From Cyanidioschyzon merolae (Eukaryota), in NCBI GenBank assembly GCA_000091205.1, contig AP006486.2: a stretch of 64,000 nucleotides of DNA; one strand, 5' to 3'. Within the stretch, counting starts at the first letter, position 1. Each line of letters starts with the position of its first letter. A program made the position numbers and the translations under genes. The notes beneath the pieces are model-generated. The model was not told where the DNA came from. It worked only from the letters and a program-made list of their open reading frames with translations, and searched no databases. Below are positions 21,530-31,433 of the stretch, piece by piece.

Positions 21530-23443
21530 TCATGATCTCGCTGGTACCGCAGACTCTTTTGTGCCTTGCACCTTCGTTTTCGCGGCTTCTTGCCTAGATT
21601 TCCGTGGAGCTCGAACGTTGTCAGTTTGTGGCCGAATCGAGCCAGCACGGAGGACAGTGGCAACACGAGATACAGTCGGATCGTAGCGGATAGGGTCCGT
21701 TGACGTCAGTCGATCCTGACGGCTGTCTGTTCCAAATGGATTCGGATGCAGGTAATGAAAAGAGAACTGAACCGGTTGCCTTTGAGTGGGCACGTACGCC
21801 CCCTGTAGGCGTGCAAACTGGAGTCGCTCTGTTGCCACTTCGCGCATAGCATCGACAAGTGCTCGACGCTCAATCTCATGACGCCACGGAAGCGCACCGG
21901 CATTGGATGAGGCGTTTCCGCCGCGTGGCGCATCGCGGCATTTGAGTAAGTCAGCCTGTTCGATAAAGTACTTCTCATTCTCCCGAATCTGCCTTTCTAC
22001 GTCCTTCTCTACCCTATTCGTTACCTGGATCCGAGTCAATGCCAGCTTGAACCTATCGAACGCGACCTCCCGGAGCTTCAGCAGCTGTTTCGCATATATG
22101 GTACGTAGGTCATTCAAAATGGAGGAGCGGAGTTCGTTTCGCTTCCTGATGAATGTCTTGGTATGACGGAACGCTGCAGCATCACGATCGTACTCTTCGA
22201 GCGCATTCTGAAGCAGACCATCAGCCTCGGTGCCAAAATTCTCGATTATTCGACCATCTTCTGCACGTGATTTCCAGGAGCGTGCACTATCCAGATACTG
22301 GGAAAATATGAAACTGCAGATCTCATCACACCTATACGAAGCTTCGAGCTCAGAGCTTCCTTCGACTTCAAGTCCACCATCAGTCTCTCCAACGCTGCGA
22401 TCTTTCCGGAATTGGCTCAGTGCCTTGAAGACGTTTTCAATGTGCAATTCCAATTCTGACAGCGGCACCGGACAAGAATACCTTGCAATGCTCTCGCCAG
22501 AACGATTGTCCCTCTGGAAAAAATATCCATCTGCTGTCGGGTCCAGAAAACGACGCTGCAGCTCTCCAACGCGCCGCATGAAATCAATCTTCCGCAGTAA
22601 AGCGCTTGGCAGAAACGCATATTCTGTTTGGTAGAACTCACTGAATCTCGAATTTCCTAAACGAGAGGGTTTCGTCATTCTGGACCACAGCGCGTTGAGA
22701 TCCTCCTGAAAAGCCGCAGCAACTTCGTCCCGGGAAACTTCTTCATCCTCGAAGTCGCGCACGATGACCAAAAGCATGCGCTTTCGTGACGGATGCGGCA
22801 TCGGACCCATCCCATGAAGCATGCCGGACGCGCAAAGACGGAGATAGGTCTCAAGGGCGCTGCCCAGACCACGCAGGCCAGATGCCGTTGACCTGGACAA
22901 GCTGTGATACTGCACGTTGAAAACGAGCACGTCGGCCATGGCTACGCCAAGCTCCACAGCTGTAGCCCCGTCATGTACAGCCCCCGACAGACCCTGCCTA
23001 CGGACTTGCAGGACGGAGCCCGCCCCCAAGGTGCTTGTAGACAAACCGTCCACATCCAAAACCAGTAGCTCTTGAGGTGGCTGGGCGAGAATAAGGGAGC
23101 GTGCGAGCGGCTCCGCTCGGCTCAGGCGCACGGTGCCACCTTTGGACGCACGCACTTCAGGCGCATCTTGCTCACCGCGGCCAACTGGCGGCGATGCACG
23201 AGCGCCTCCTGGGGCTCCGCGGCCGCCTGAAGGTGAAGGCCCATTAAATCGATCGGACACGCCTTTGCTTTCCGGAAAAGTCGTGCCAAAAACTTCGTTC
23301 AGAAACGTGGTCTTGCCTGAGCCCTCGACACCAACAGCCGCCACTGTAGAGTAGGACTCGTCTGAGAGTTCATTCTCCTTGATGAGCGCTTCGATGACAT
23401 TCTTATGTAAGCCGCTGGAGTTGTAAAGCTCCCAAACTCCCAT
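21530..23443 (-). CDS. RHD3/Sey1-type dynamin-like GTPase with no detectable C-terminal transmembrane anchor.
   Basis: The P-loop context YSTVAAVGVEGSGKTTFLNEVFGTTF parallels Sey1 ([26 protein letters not shown]). LLVLDVDGL, ADVLVFNVQ and LLVIVRDFED parallel Sey1/RHD3 (ILVMDVEG, EVLIVNMW, LLFVIRDH). The start is the first in-frame ATG at 23443; the ORF-track start at 23569 is a GTG. The protein is 638 aa. Confidence 0.7.
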   Translation of the reverse strand: MGVWELYNSSGLHKNVIEALIKENELSDESYSTVAAVGVEGSGKTTFLNEVFGTTFPESKGVSDRFNGPSPSGGRGAPGGARASPPVGRGEQDAPEVRASKGGTVRLSRAEPLARSLILAQPPQELLVLDVDGLSTSTLGAGSVLQVRRQGLSGAVHDGATAVELGVAMADVLVFNVQYHSLSRSTASGLRGLGSALETYLRLCASGMLHGMGPMPHPSRKRMLLVIVRDFEDEEVSRDEVAAAFQEDLNALWSRMTKPSRLGNSRFSEFYQTEYAFLPSALLRKIDFMRRVGELQRRFLDPTADGYFFQRDNRSGESIARYSCPVPLSELELHIENVFKALSQFRKDRSVGETDGGLEVEGSSELEASYRCDEICSFIFSQYLDSARSWKSRAEDGRIIENFGTEADGLLQNALEEYDRDAAAFRHTKTFIRKRNELRSSILNDLRTIYAKQLLKLREVAFDRFKLALTRIQVTNRVEKDVERQIRENEKYFIEQADLLKCRDAPRGGNASSNAGALPWRHEIERRALVDAMREVATERLQFARLQGAYVPTQRQPVQFSFHYLHPNPFGTDSRQDRLTSTDPIRYDPTVSRVATVLRAGSIRPQTDNVRAPRKSRQEAAKTKVQGTKESAVPARS

Positions 23444-23747
23444 GGTTCTACCTTTCAGAACCAGTGTACTGCGAAGTATGGAGACAAAGTCATCCACTGC
23501 ATTCCGAGTTCGACGGCGGTGCGCCGCTGAGTGGCGGCGCAGGTTTGCTCGAGGAACGCGTACGAGCACCTATCCATCCTTGTTCTGAATAGTATAGTTT
23601 CGAAATCTCTCGTAGTTTGCCGTGGCCGGAAAGGCTGCGCAACCTGATTCAGAAGCTGGCTCCTGAATACTATCAACAACATATGGACTGTTTCTCAGGG
23701 GCAACCGCAGTTCCAGTCAACTTGTACCGCTTCAGTACGCATGAAAA

Positions 23748-24401
23748 ATGATTCTCGGAGTGTTGGTGTTTAATAGCCACGGCAAGTCCAGACTGGTTCG
23801 TTGGTACGATACTCGTCTGCAGAACCTCCCATTGAGTCAAAAACGCTTTATCGTTTGGAAGTGCTACCGTGCTGCTAGCACGCGAAATGCGGGCTCCAGC
23901 AACTTTTTGTTCAGCACGGACAGCGAGATCAGTGAGATTTTGGCCTTTCCCCTGAAAAGTGTCGAGCCTGCTGGTTTGGGGCGCACGTCTGGTGGAAACT
24001 CAGACGCGGCAAGTGTCGGACACGATCGCCCACGAAGAGACGCTTCGGACCGGCCTGAAACACGGCTCTATGGACGAGACCTCAGAGTCGTATTTCGCCA
24101 CTATGCCACACTTTTCTTCGTCTTTATCGTGGACGAAAATGAGAACGAGCTCGGGATTCTTGACCTGATCCAGGTATTCGTTGAAACATTGGACAGATAC
24201 TTCGGTAACGTCTGCGAACTCGACATTGTGTTCCATCATGAGAAAGTAAACTACGTCCTTGATGAATTAATCAGCGGTGGACTCGTGCTTGAAACGAACC
24301 AAGCCGATATCCTATCGGCGCTTCATGGAATATCCGAAGCGATAACAGCGGAGAACACGGGACAAGGGCTGACGAGTCTCGCTAGGAAAATGCGTCGATA
24401 G
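23748..24401 (+). CDS. Clathrin adaptor (AP) complex sigma small subunit.
   Basis: ATG start. The N-terminus MILGVLVFNSHGKSRLVRWY and the core FRHYATLFFVFIVDENENELGILDLIQVFVETLDRYFGNVCELDIVFHHEKVNYVLDELISGGLVLETN align closely with AP sigma1/2 (MI.F.L..NRQGK.RL.KWY; YRRYASLYFC..VD..DNEL..LE.IH.FVE.LD.YF.NVCELDLIFNF.KVY.ILDE...GE..ETS). Confidence 0.75.
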   Translation: MILGVLVFNSHGKSRLVRWYDTRLQNLPLSQKRFIVWKCYRAASTRNAGSSNFLFSTDSEISEILAFPLKSVEPAGLGRTSGGNSDAASVGHDRPRRDASDRPETRLYGRDLRVVFRHYATLFFVFIVDENENELGILDLIQVFVETLDRYFGNVCELDIVFHHEKVNYVLDELISGGLVLETNQADILSALHGISEAITAENTGQGLTSLARKMRR

Positions 24402-24909
24402 CAGGTGAAACACGCTTGAGGCACATGAGCGAACGTAGCGACCAGCATTGCCGAGCACTTTGTAAAGCAATAACTGCTCTTTTTAGGGGTCCTACGGCAA
24501 TTTAATGCATGCTCTCCAGAATACATCCAAATCGACCTCTCGACCAGGCCGGACAGCATATGCCTCGGGACATAAGTTTTGCATAAAACACATGCTCGAT
24601 AGGTTGCTACACATCTAGATGATTCGAAGCGAATCATGTTCCGCTAAAAAAACATGCATGAAGCGTCAGTAAAAGATTTCTCCGAACAACACAAAGCATG
24701 CATTCCACGTGCATGAAGAGGACCAATGGATGCTGAGGATTTCCGAGCTACGCCAAAATCCAGAATCATGTACGGAAAACCTTTGTTCCATATGACAAGC
24801 AGCAACTGAATCGTGTGCTGATGAAAGTGCGCTCTCCCTGCGTCCGTTCGCTGACGCGTTCATTGCAAGGCTGATGCTTCACCAAGAGTGTCGCTCTGGC
24901 AGGGGTTCT

Positions 24910-25446
24910 CTAAAATCCAAGTGCACGCACCCACTCGCGAACAGGGAAGAGAAAGTCGCCCTCGACCACGAGCCTTGGTCCCGGGCGGACGGTCACTTTC
25001 CGACCACCGCATACGCGTTCCATGTCAACAGCTAGGAGATCCACGCGCCCACGTACTCGCTTCAGTACTGTGTACACTTTGTTATGACCACGAAAGTCTC
25101 TATAAACTGGAATATTGTTGCCCTTTTCAGTTCGATAAACTATAAAAGGGAGCTTTGAGGGCCTGCCCAACGACGCTCCTGTATTGATAGGGCGCCCCTC
25201 TGCTGTAGATGCCAGCTCTACAGGAAAGGTTAGTCCCGTCGGTGGTGTCCATCTTATTCGTGCTCTCCCTTTCACTGCTTGCAAGAGATCAAGGCCTTTT
25301 TGTTCTTTTTCTAAAAGCCTTTCTCCAGGAGCCTGACAGAATGCACGAAGCCCGTTGGAAGCGAGAAGGTTCAGCGATTTCGAGCTTCGTTGAAGCAGCT
25401 GCAGTGCTCCCGTTGTGTTTCGTGAGAGCTGTTTGACGCTCTGCAT
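24910..25446 (-). CDS. Mitochondrial ribosomal protein L49 / Img2.
   Basis: The conserved C-terminal region NIPVYRDFRGHNKVYTVLKRVRG...FLFPVREWV matches the MRP-L49/Img2 family. The N-terminus looks like a presequence. The start is the first in-frame ATG; the ORF-track start at 25452 is a TTG. Confidence 0.6.
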   Translation of the reverse strand: MQSVKQLSRNTTGALQLLQRSSKSLNLLASNGLRAFCQAPGERLLEKEQKGLDLLQAVKGRARIRWTPPTGLTFPVELASTAEGRPINTGASLGRPSKLPFIVYRTEKGNNIPVYRDFRGHNKVYTVLKRVRGRVDLLAVDMERVCGGRKVTVRPGPRLVVEGDFLFPVREWVRALGF

Positions 25447-26288
25447 ATACAAGACCCAAACGTCCAGGAAATATACTTAGGAAACTCACGGAGGTATACT
25501 GCGTTATCAGCGATGCAACCAGAAGCAAAAACTAGTGGAAAAAGCGAAGACTATAAGTGCTGCGGTCTTAATCAAGCTTACGAACTCGCCGTTATAATCT
25601 CAGGTCTGTAATGGGCAATCGCGATGACCCAAGCGCTGTTGTTTGCCATATCCACTCAAATGTTGGCCTTGGTAGTCCTTGGCCACGAAGAGTGCCCTTT
25701 TCCTTGTGTGGAGAGGGTGCTTAAACTCTAGCCCATCTTCAACCGGTATGGAGCATATATCAGTCCAGTTTAGCTGCTCCCTTTCCAGAACAAAATGGAA
25801 GTGGACCGCATACTCGGGTACAGACAAAAATGGAAACGTTCCTACTATGCTAAAGGGCAGCCTTTGGAACATTGTTCTGCATCTGTTTCTCTACCTCTAT
25901 ATCCTCTCCGCTCATAAATAAGACAAGAAATCTTTTCCCCAAGCTCCTTTTCAGCAGTAAAACGATATTGATAGCAGCGTTCAAGTTCAGATTTCGCCAT
26001 TTCCATCAGATGTCGTTGCATTCCATGCACAGGTGGGAGTTGCGAGCTATGCTTTGCTTGCCATTCGCATCTACATTTTTCGCTGCCTCTGTGTCCACTT
26101 CGCAGCGCTGGGAATATTCCATGTTGAGTGATCTGGTATATCCACCACACTTCCTCCTGCGAGCGCCGCCCTGTGGCGCGTGAATGCTCGCGCCATCGTT
26201 CAGTAGGTCCACCTGATGGTTCCAGAAGACTTCGCTCGATACCATCATCCTTCTGCGAGCTCGCTGCGGCTCTTCGATCATACGTCTA

Positions 26289-28824
26289 TTATCAAGCCTG
26301 GGTGTTCCCTCTGTCTCTGGTACATTCACGGATAACACCGTGTTTCTCAAATGCTCTTCGGTTCGGAAAATAGCATAGAACAGAGAATGGGACATCTCAC
26401 ACAAAACTACTTATTCTGTTTCGATTACACCGATCGATAACGTCTTTTGAGCTTCGAAGAACAGATTCAGTGAAGCAAATACAGGTATCGATGACTCAGA
26501 TCGTCCTCGGCACGAGCCAGTGATCGATGCCCTTGGCGACGCGCCTGAGGCCGACAGGCTCCTCGGAGCTCTTCCCGGAAAAGCCCTTGACACTGGAAAA
26601 TGGCGGCTTTGCGAAGAGGCATATAGAAAAGAGACGAACAAGGTCCAAACAATAAATACATATTGCTTGTTTATCGATGGATACACACACTCAAGCACAG
26701 CAGGTTTGCCGGGCGAACAACAGTATTACTGCAACAAAAGAATCCGGGAACGTTCCGAAAAAATGTGCGTACCGCTCAAAGAGAGCTCGCTCATTCTCCG
26801 GCGGGACGCCTTCCTGCACGGAGCTCGCCGCCTGGGCTTTCTCTCGAACGAAAAGCACCGCACATCGCTAGTCTACGATACAGCGGTCGTTGCGGGATCC
26901 CTTGGAATGCACTTTTTCCCCGCCGGAACACAGAGGCCGCGTACGAGAATACGCGATCCTTCACAATGTGCCCGGCACGGCGCTTAGCTCGTACTTAAGA
27001 CGGTGTACCTCGAGTGCATCGGGGACCTCGAAAAAAGCATTTCGTAGTGGCACAGTCGGCACTGATGGCCATTTCTCTCCCCAGCTCCTCGCGTACACAC
27101 ATACACGACGCGCCACAGCCGATGCCCAGATATGCAGTTTGGCCGATGCCAAGGGCGTCGCTCGCTTCGTGTCTCATATCCGCCAGGCCTCCAAGAAGGA
27201 GCACGTGGGCGAAAAATATGCATGGTCACGCTGGACCTAGCCGGCATTCACCTACAGGGTCGCGTGATGGAATCGATAATGCAGAGACGAACGGGAGAGG
27301 ACACAGTCACTAGGCTGTACCGCACGACAGAGCTCTTCATGACCGGCGCTTCGTCGAAGCCCATCTGCTCAGAGGATAGACAGAAAGAGATCGACCTCTG
27401 AAGAATACTCCTGGAAGGCGGAGAAGCCAGGGAGCAGATCGACCTGCCGCCAATGAGCAGCTTGCCCTCAGAAGCGATGCTACTTCTGCATTCGGCGTGG
27501 GGCTCAGAGCCCCTAGAGGGACCAGACCCTCGGCTTTTCCACGGGCACCGTGCTGACGCTCACATCAGCCCCGCGATGCGCGCCTGTCTCGCTTCGTTGT
27601 GGAGTGGGTGTCTCTGCGACAGATGCGAAAATGCGACTGATGGAGGACTGAAGCACCAACGAAGAGGAGGGGTTGATCGACGACATGGAGTTCATAAAGC
27701 GAAGTAGGCGCCATTCCTCCAAAGATTGAAACAATGCACGAACCGCTGGAGGAAGAAAAGCGAAAGGATTGTAAGAATGCTTCGAAAGAAATGCAAAACA
27801 TGAGGAGCAGAAGTTTCTCACAACGACGAGTGGACCTATTGGCTTCTATCAGGGCCGATGGTATAGGTATTTCGATCGCCATCAACAGCAAGCTTCCGGG
27901 ACGCTTCACGAGCCCCTCTGAGCTCGAACACACCCCATGCACAGAAATGGACTACGCGTAGGAACAAAACGCAACACAGATGCGCGGCCACGCGAAGTTG
28001 CTCCGCAATACGACACCCGTCAGCCCGGACCCAGGAAGAGCAAACCCATACACCTGCGCTCCTATGAGACCTAACGAGAGGTCAGACACGCAGGTGGCAA
28101 CCGACGCTAATTGGAAGGCTTAAGATCCGAAGTATCCGACTCTAACCTGAAGGCGTAGGCTCTAGGCGCACGTACATCATGTTCTTCTCAGCGGAACCGA
28201 GCAAATGAAGGAATGGTCCGATAAGCGAGCCAGCGAAACTGATTCTAGTTACGGAAGCGTTCGCAGCATTGCGTCGAGCTCGTGGGATCTATAGGAACGA
28301 TGGTCACCAGAAGGTAAGGTTCGTCGATGTCCATCACGGTCATTGGCTCGTGTTGTGGAGTATGTTGGCAGCAGACGGGGAGCGTGCCTCGAAGCGGACG
28401 GTGAGTTATCGAATGGAACGCTTTGCTCTTGCTCCTGCAGCAGTCATGGTGGTTTTCTAGGGAATCGCTTAGCAGAGGTCCGTGATCGTCGGGAGCGTCA
28501 CAGCGTGCGGCAACAGGGCAGAGAGTCGGGGCAGGCCATGTATACCCTCCAAGGCCGTTTGCCGAGCGATGCAACATGAGTTCACGAGCCGCAGCGTGAC
28601 GCTCGAGAAGGACGTGTGGCGGACATAAGGGAACACCTGACCGCAACCTAACATCACTGCCGCGCCGGGAGCACCGACGCTGTACACAAAGAATACGAAT
28701 GCGGCGAGCAAAGCGTGGATTAGAAACTTCAACTATGCTTCGGATGCCAAGAAAGCATCGGGAGGCGGCGAGATCAAGGTGTGAACGCTACCGTGAGCAT
28801 CGTTTGACTGCTGACAAAGGGGCC
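26289..28824. repeat. Dispersed repeat family A, copy 1 (about 2.54 kb), apparently non-coding.
   Basis: It is about 98-99% identical to 55011..57558 in the same orientation, which also gives identical or near-identical ORF-track translations at 26411/55133, 26520/55242, 27565/56287 and so on. The two boundaries are defined by where similarity with copy 2 breaks down. Confidence 0.9.
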
Positions 28825-29438
28825 GGACAAAATGAGACTCCGGCGTTCTCATGGGTAACGTTGGGAGCTGGAAAGCAAGCAGCACTACAAAAGCCCGGAA
28901 AGGCTTGTGTTAATAATAGTTAGGAGAGAGCCAGATTGTAGGTGATATATTCGGTTAGTTAAATAACTCCATTCCATTTTATTCTGACATTGTGCTACTG
29001 AAAAACCGACGTCTTCCATAAGATTAAGAAATGTGTCAACTGGGAACCAGAATCCAGAATTTCGGCGAACAATGTACCAAAATAGATTATATTGTTCTCT
29101 ACGGACATTTCCGTCCGTGCGCATGAAAGCCGCCATCGCGGGCTCCCGATGAGGCCAGCGAGATCTCTGCAGCAGCGTACCAGCGCCAGGAGACAAATCG
29201 CGCTCCAATCGATCATTGTGGTAAGTTGCTCACGACTCTCGGCGGCGTTAGTCATAGACTGTTCTCCGAGAAGGTTGCCGTCGAAACAACTTTTTGGTTT
29301 TAGACCTGTTACAAGCCGCTGTTGGAGACAGCAGCGGACTGTAAAAACGGGGCCAGACAAGTGGCCGACTTGGCAAAAGGACACGCAAGTTTCACTTCAA
29401 GCACTGCTACCTAGTACTCATCCGCTGTGTTGGCCAAA

Positions 29439-30647
29439 ATGTTTGTGGCAAAGGTTCCGCTTAGCATTCGAGGACAGCCGAGTTTGAATGCCATAAAGCC
29501 GTCTGCGACCGCGCCCAAGCGCCGGAAGCTTTCGTTGTTTGCAGTTGCGGCTCCTCGTCGCTCGAGCGAACAGGCTTCTACTTCAGCAAACTCGCCTCTG
29601 CTTCCGAGAAACGATAAGGGGGAACCGTGGGTGGTACAGAGATCACGTCCTCGCCGGAATCGCAAGACAAATGCGGTTAGAGAAATGGTGCGTGAGAACG
29701 TCGTATCACCGGGGAACCTTGTGTATCCTGTCTTCATTCATGACGAAGACCACGATGAAGATATCGACGTGATGCCTGGATGCAAGCGCCTGAGCATCCA
29801 GAGTCTGCTGAAACACGCAGCGCAGGCTCTGGATTTAGGAATTGGCCACATCATTCTCTTCCCCAAAATCGAAGAGCATCTGAAAAGCAACACCGCGGAT
29901 GAATGCTACAACCCGAAAGGTCTTGTTCCCAGCGCAATTAAGGCGCTCAAAGAGAAGTTCGGCTCTCGAATCACTGTCTGGACGGACATCGCTCTGGACC
30001 CATACTCTGATCAGGGCCATGATGGCATTGTAAGCAACGATAGTTTAGGAGACGGCGGCTGTGCCAGAATCTTGAACGATGAGACTGTCGAGCAACTCTG
30101 CCGTCAGGCGCTCTGCCACGCACGGGCTGGAGCCGATATCGTTGCACCCTCGGATATGATGGATGGCCGCGTCGGGGCAATTCGTGACGCCCTTGATGAA
30201 GAGGGGTTCACGGATGTCTCGATCGTTTCCTACGCTGCGAAGTACGCCTCCTCATTTTATGGACCTTTCCGAGGTGCGCTTGATTCTGCTCCACGGGAAA
30301 CAAGTCGGGCACCGCGGGATAAAAAGACATACCAAATGGATCCGGGAAACGCGAGGGAAGCGCTTCGTGAAGCAGCGGCTGACCTCGAGGAAGGGGCAGA
30401 CATGCTTCTCGTGAAGCCTGGAGTTCCCTATCTCGATATCATTCACCTTCTTTACGATGCCTTCCCTGTTCCCATCGCCGCCTATCACGTCAGCGGTGAA
30501 TATGCCATGATCAAAGCAGCAGCACAACGGGGATGGATAGACGAGAAGCAGGTCGTTTTGGAAACCTTGTTAAGTTTGAAAAGAGCAGGTGCTACCTCTA
30601 TTCTCACGTACTACGCACTAGAGGCAGCTAAATGGATGCAGGAATAA
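29439..30647 (+). CDS. HEMB: Delta-aminolevulinic acid dehydratase (porphobilinogen synthase) with an N-terminal organellar (plastid-type) transit peptide.
   Basis: RPRRNRKTNAVREMVRE, VYPVFIHDED, SDQGHDG, APSDMMDGRVGAIR, VSYAAKYASSFYGPFR and HVSGEYAMIKAAAQ are classic ALAD blocks. The active-site lysine context is present. A roughly 70-aa S/A/R/P-rich presequence precedes the conserved core. The start is the first ATG at 29439; the ORF-track start at 29427 is a GTG. Confidence 0.9.
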   Translation: MFVAKVPLSIRGQPSLNAIKPSATAPKRRKLSLFAVAAPRRSSEQASTSANSPLLPRNDKGEPWVVQRSRPRRNRKTNAVREMVRENVVSPGNLVYPVFIHDEDHDEDIDVMPGCKRLSIQSLLKHAAQALDLGIGHIILFPKIEEHLKSNTADECYNPKGLVPSAIKALKEKFGSRITVWTDIALDPYSDQGHDGIVSNDSLGDGGCARILNDETVEQLCRQALCHARAGADIVAPSDMMDGRVGAIRDALDEEGFTDVSIVSYAAKYASSFYGPFRGALDSAPRETSRAPRDKKTYQMDPGNAREALREAAADLEEGADMLLVKPGVPYLDIIHLLYDAFPVPIAAYHVSGEYAMIKAAAQRGWIDEKQVVLETLLSLKRAGATSILTYYALEAAKWMQE

Positions 30648-31433
30648 CAAAACGAGCGCGTGCTGAGAGAGCCCGTCTCTGCGGAGAATTGCAATGGTTG
30701 ATGGATGTCTTTTGCGCTCGGCACTGCCTCAGATCCGTTGCATTATCGAGCTGCTAAATCTTTGTTCACAGCTCCTGCTCTGAATTTGTTGCGAAGACCG
30801 ATATAACAATGCTAGGCCAATTGCTGCGGCGAACAGAAAGAATATGAACATGATCAGCGATCGTAAAGCGATGCGACGCATTTTGCACTTTTTGTTCCAC
30901 GCTTCGCGCCGTCAACATCCAACAGGGCGCTGGCACTTATGTCCGTCTTCGACTGACAGCAGATCTGGCAAAAAAGGGATGCTGGCGTATGAGAATCCGA
31001 AGATAGGAAGACGACAAGGAAGCTGTTGTAGAGAGAACCCTCAAAGCTTTGCGTTTTAATAGTGGAAAGAGTCCCAAACTTCAACCTGGACGCTCGTGTC
31101 GGTGGAACTGCTTCATTTCATAGTGACAGGGTGTAGTGCTGGCGAGCGGCTACGTTGGAAGCGCTCGAGCTTCTCTGCGGAAAGCTGGTTTCACCGTGGA
31201 CAACTCAAAAGGCCAGCTTCCGCAATATGTTGAGACTTTTTGTTTAAAACACCTAAAAGTCAGCGAGTGTTTGACTTTCGCAACGAGGCGCTGGCTTTCC
31301 GAGAGTTACTTACTATTAACGAAAGAGAACATTTAAAGCTCCACGGCAGGAAGCTGTTCGAAAGAAATTTGTGACTCTTTTGCACTCGCTGTGGAAACTT
31401 TGCGAAACCTTCCGTGACTATCAACTCGTTCAT

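Noticed and set aside
26520-26987. ORFs of 155 aa inside repeat A and 210 aa inside repeat B (also 55242, 50056, 62621) as candidate transposon proteins
   Set aside because: They have no recognisable transposase, RT or integrase motifs. The two copies of each differ by multiple non-synonymous changes, which argues against coding constraint. I treated both repeat families as non-coding.
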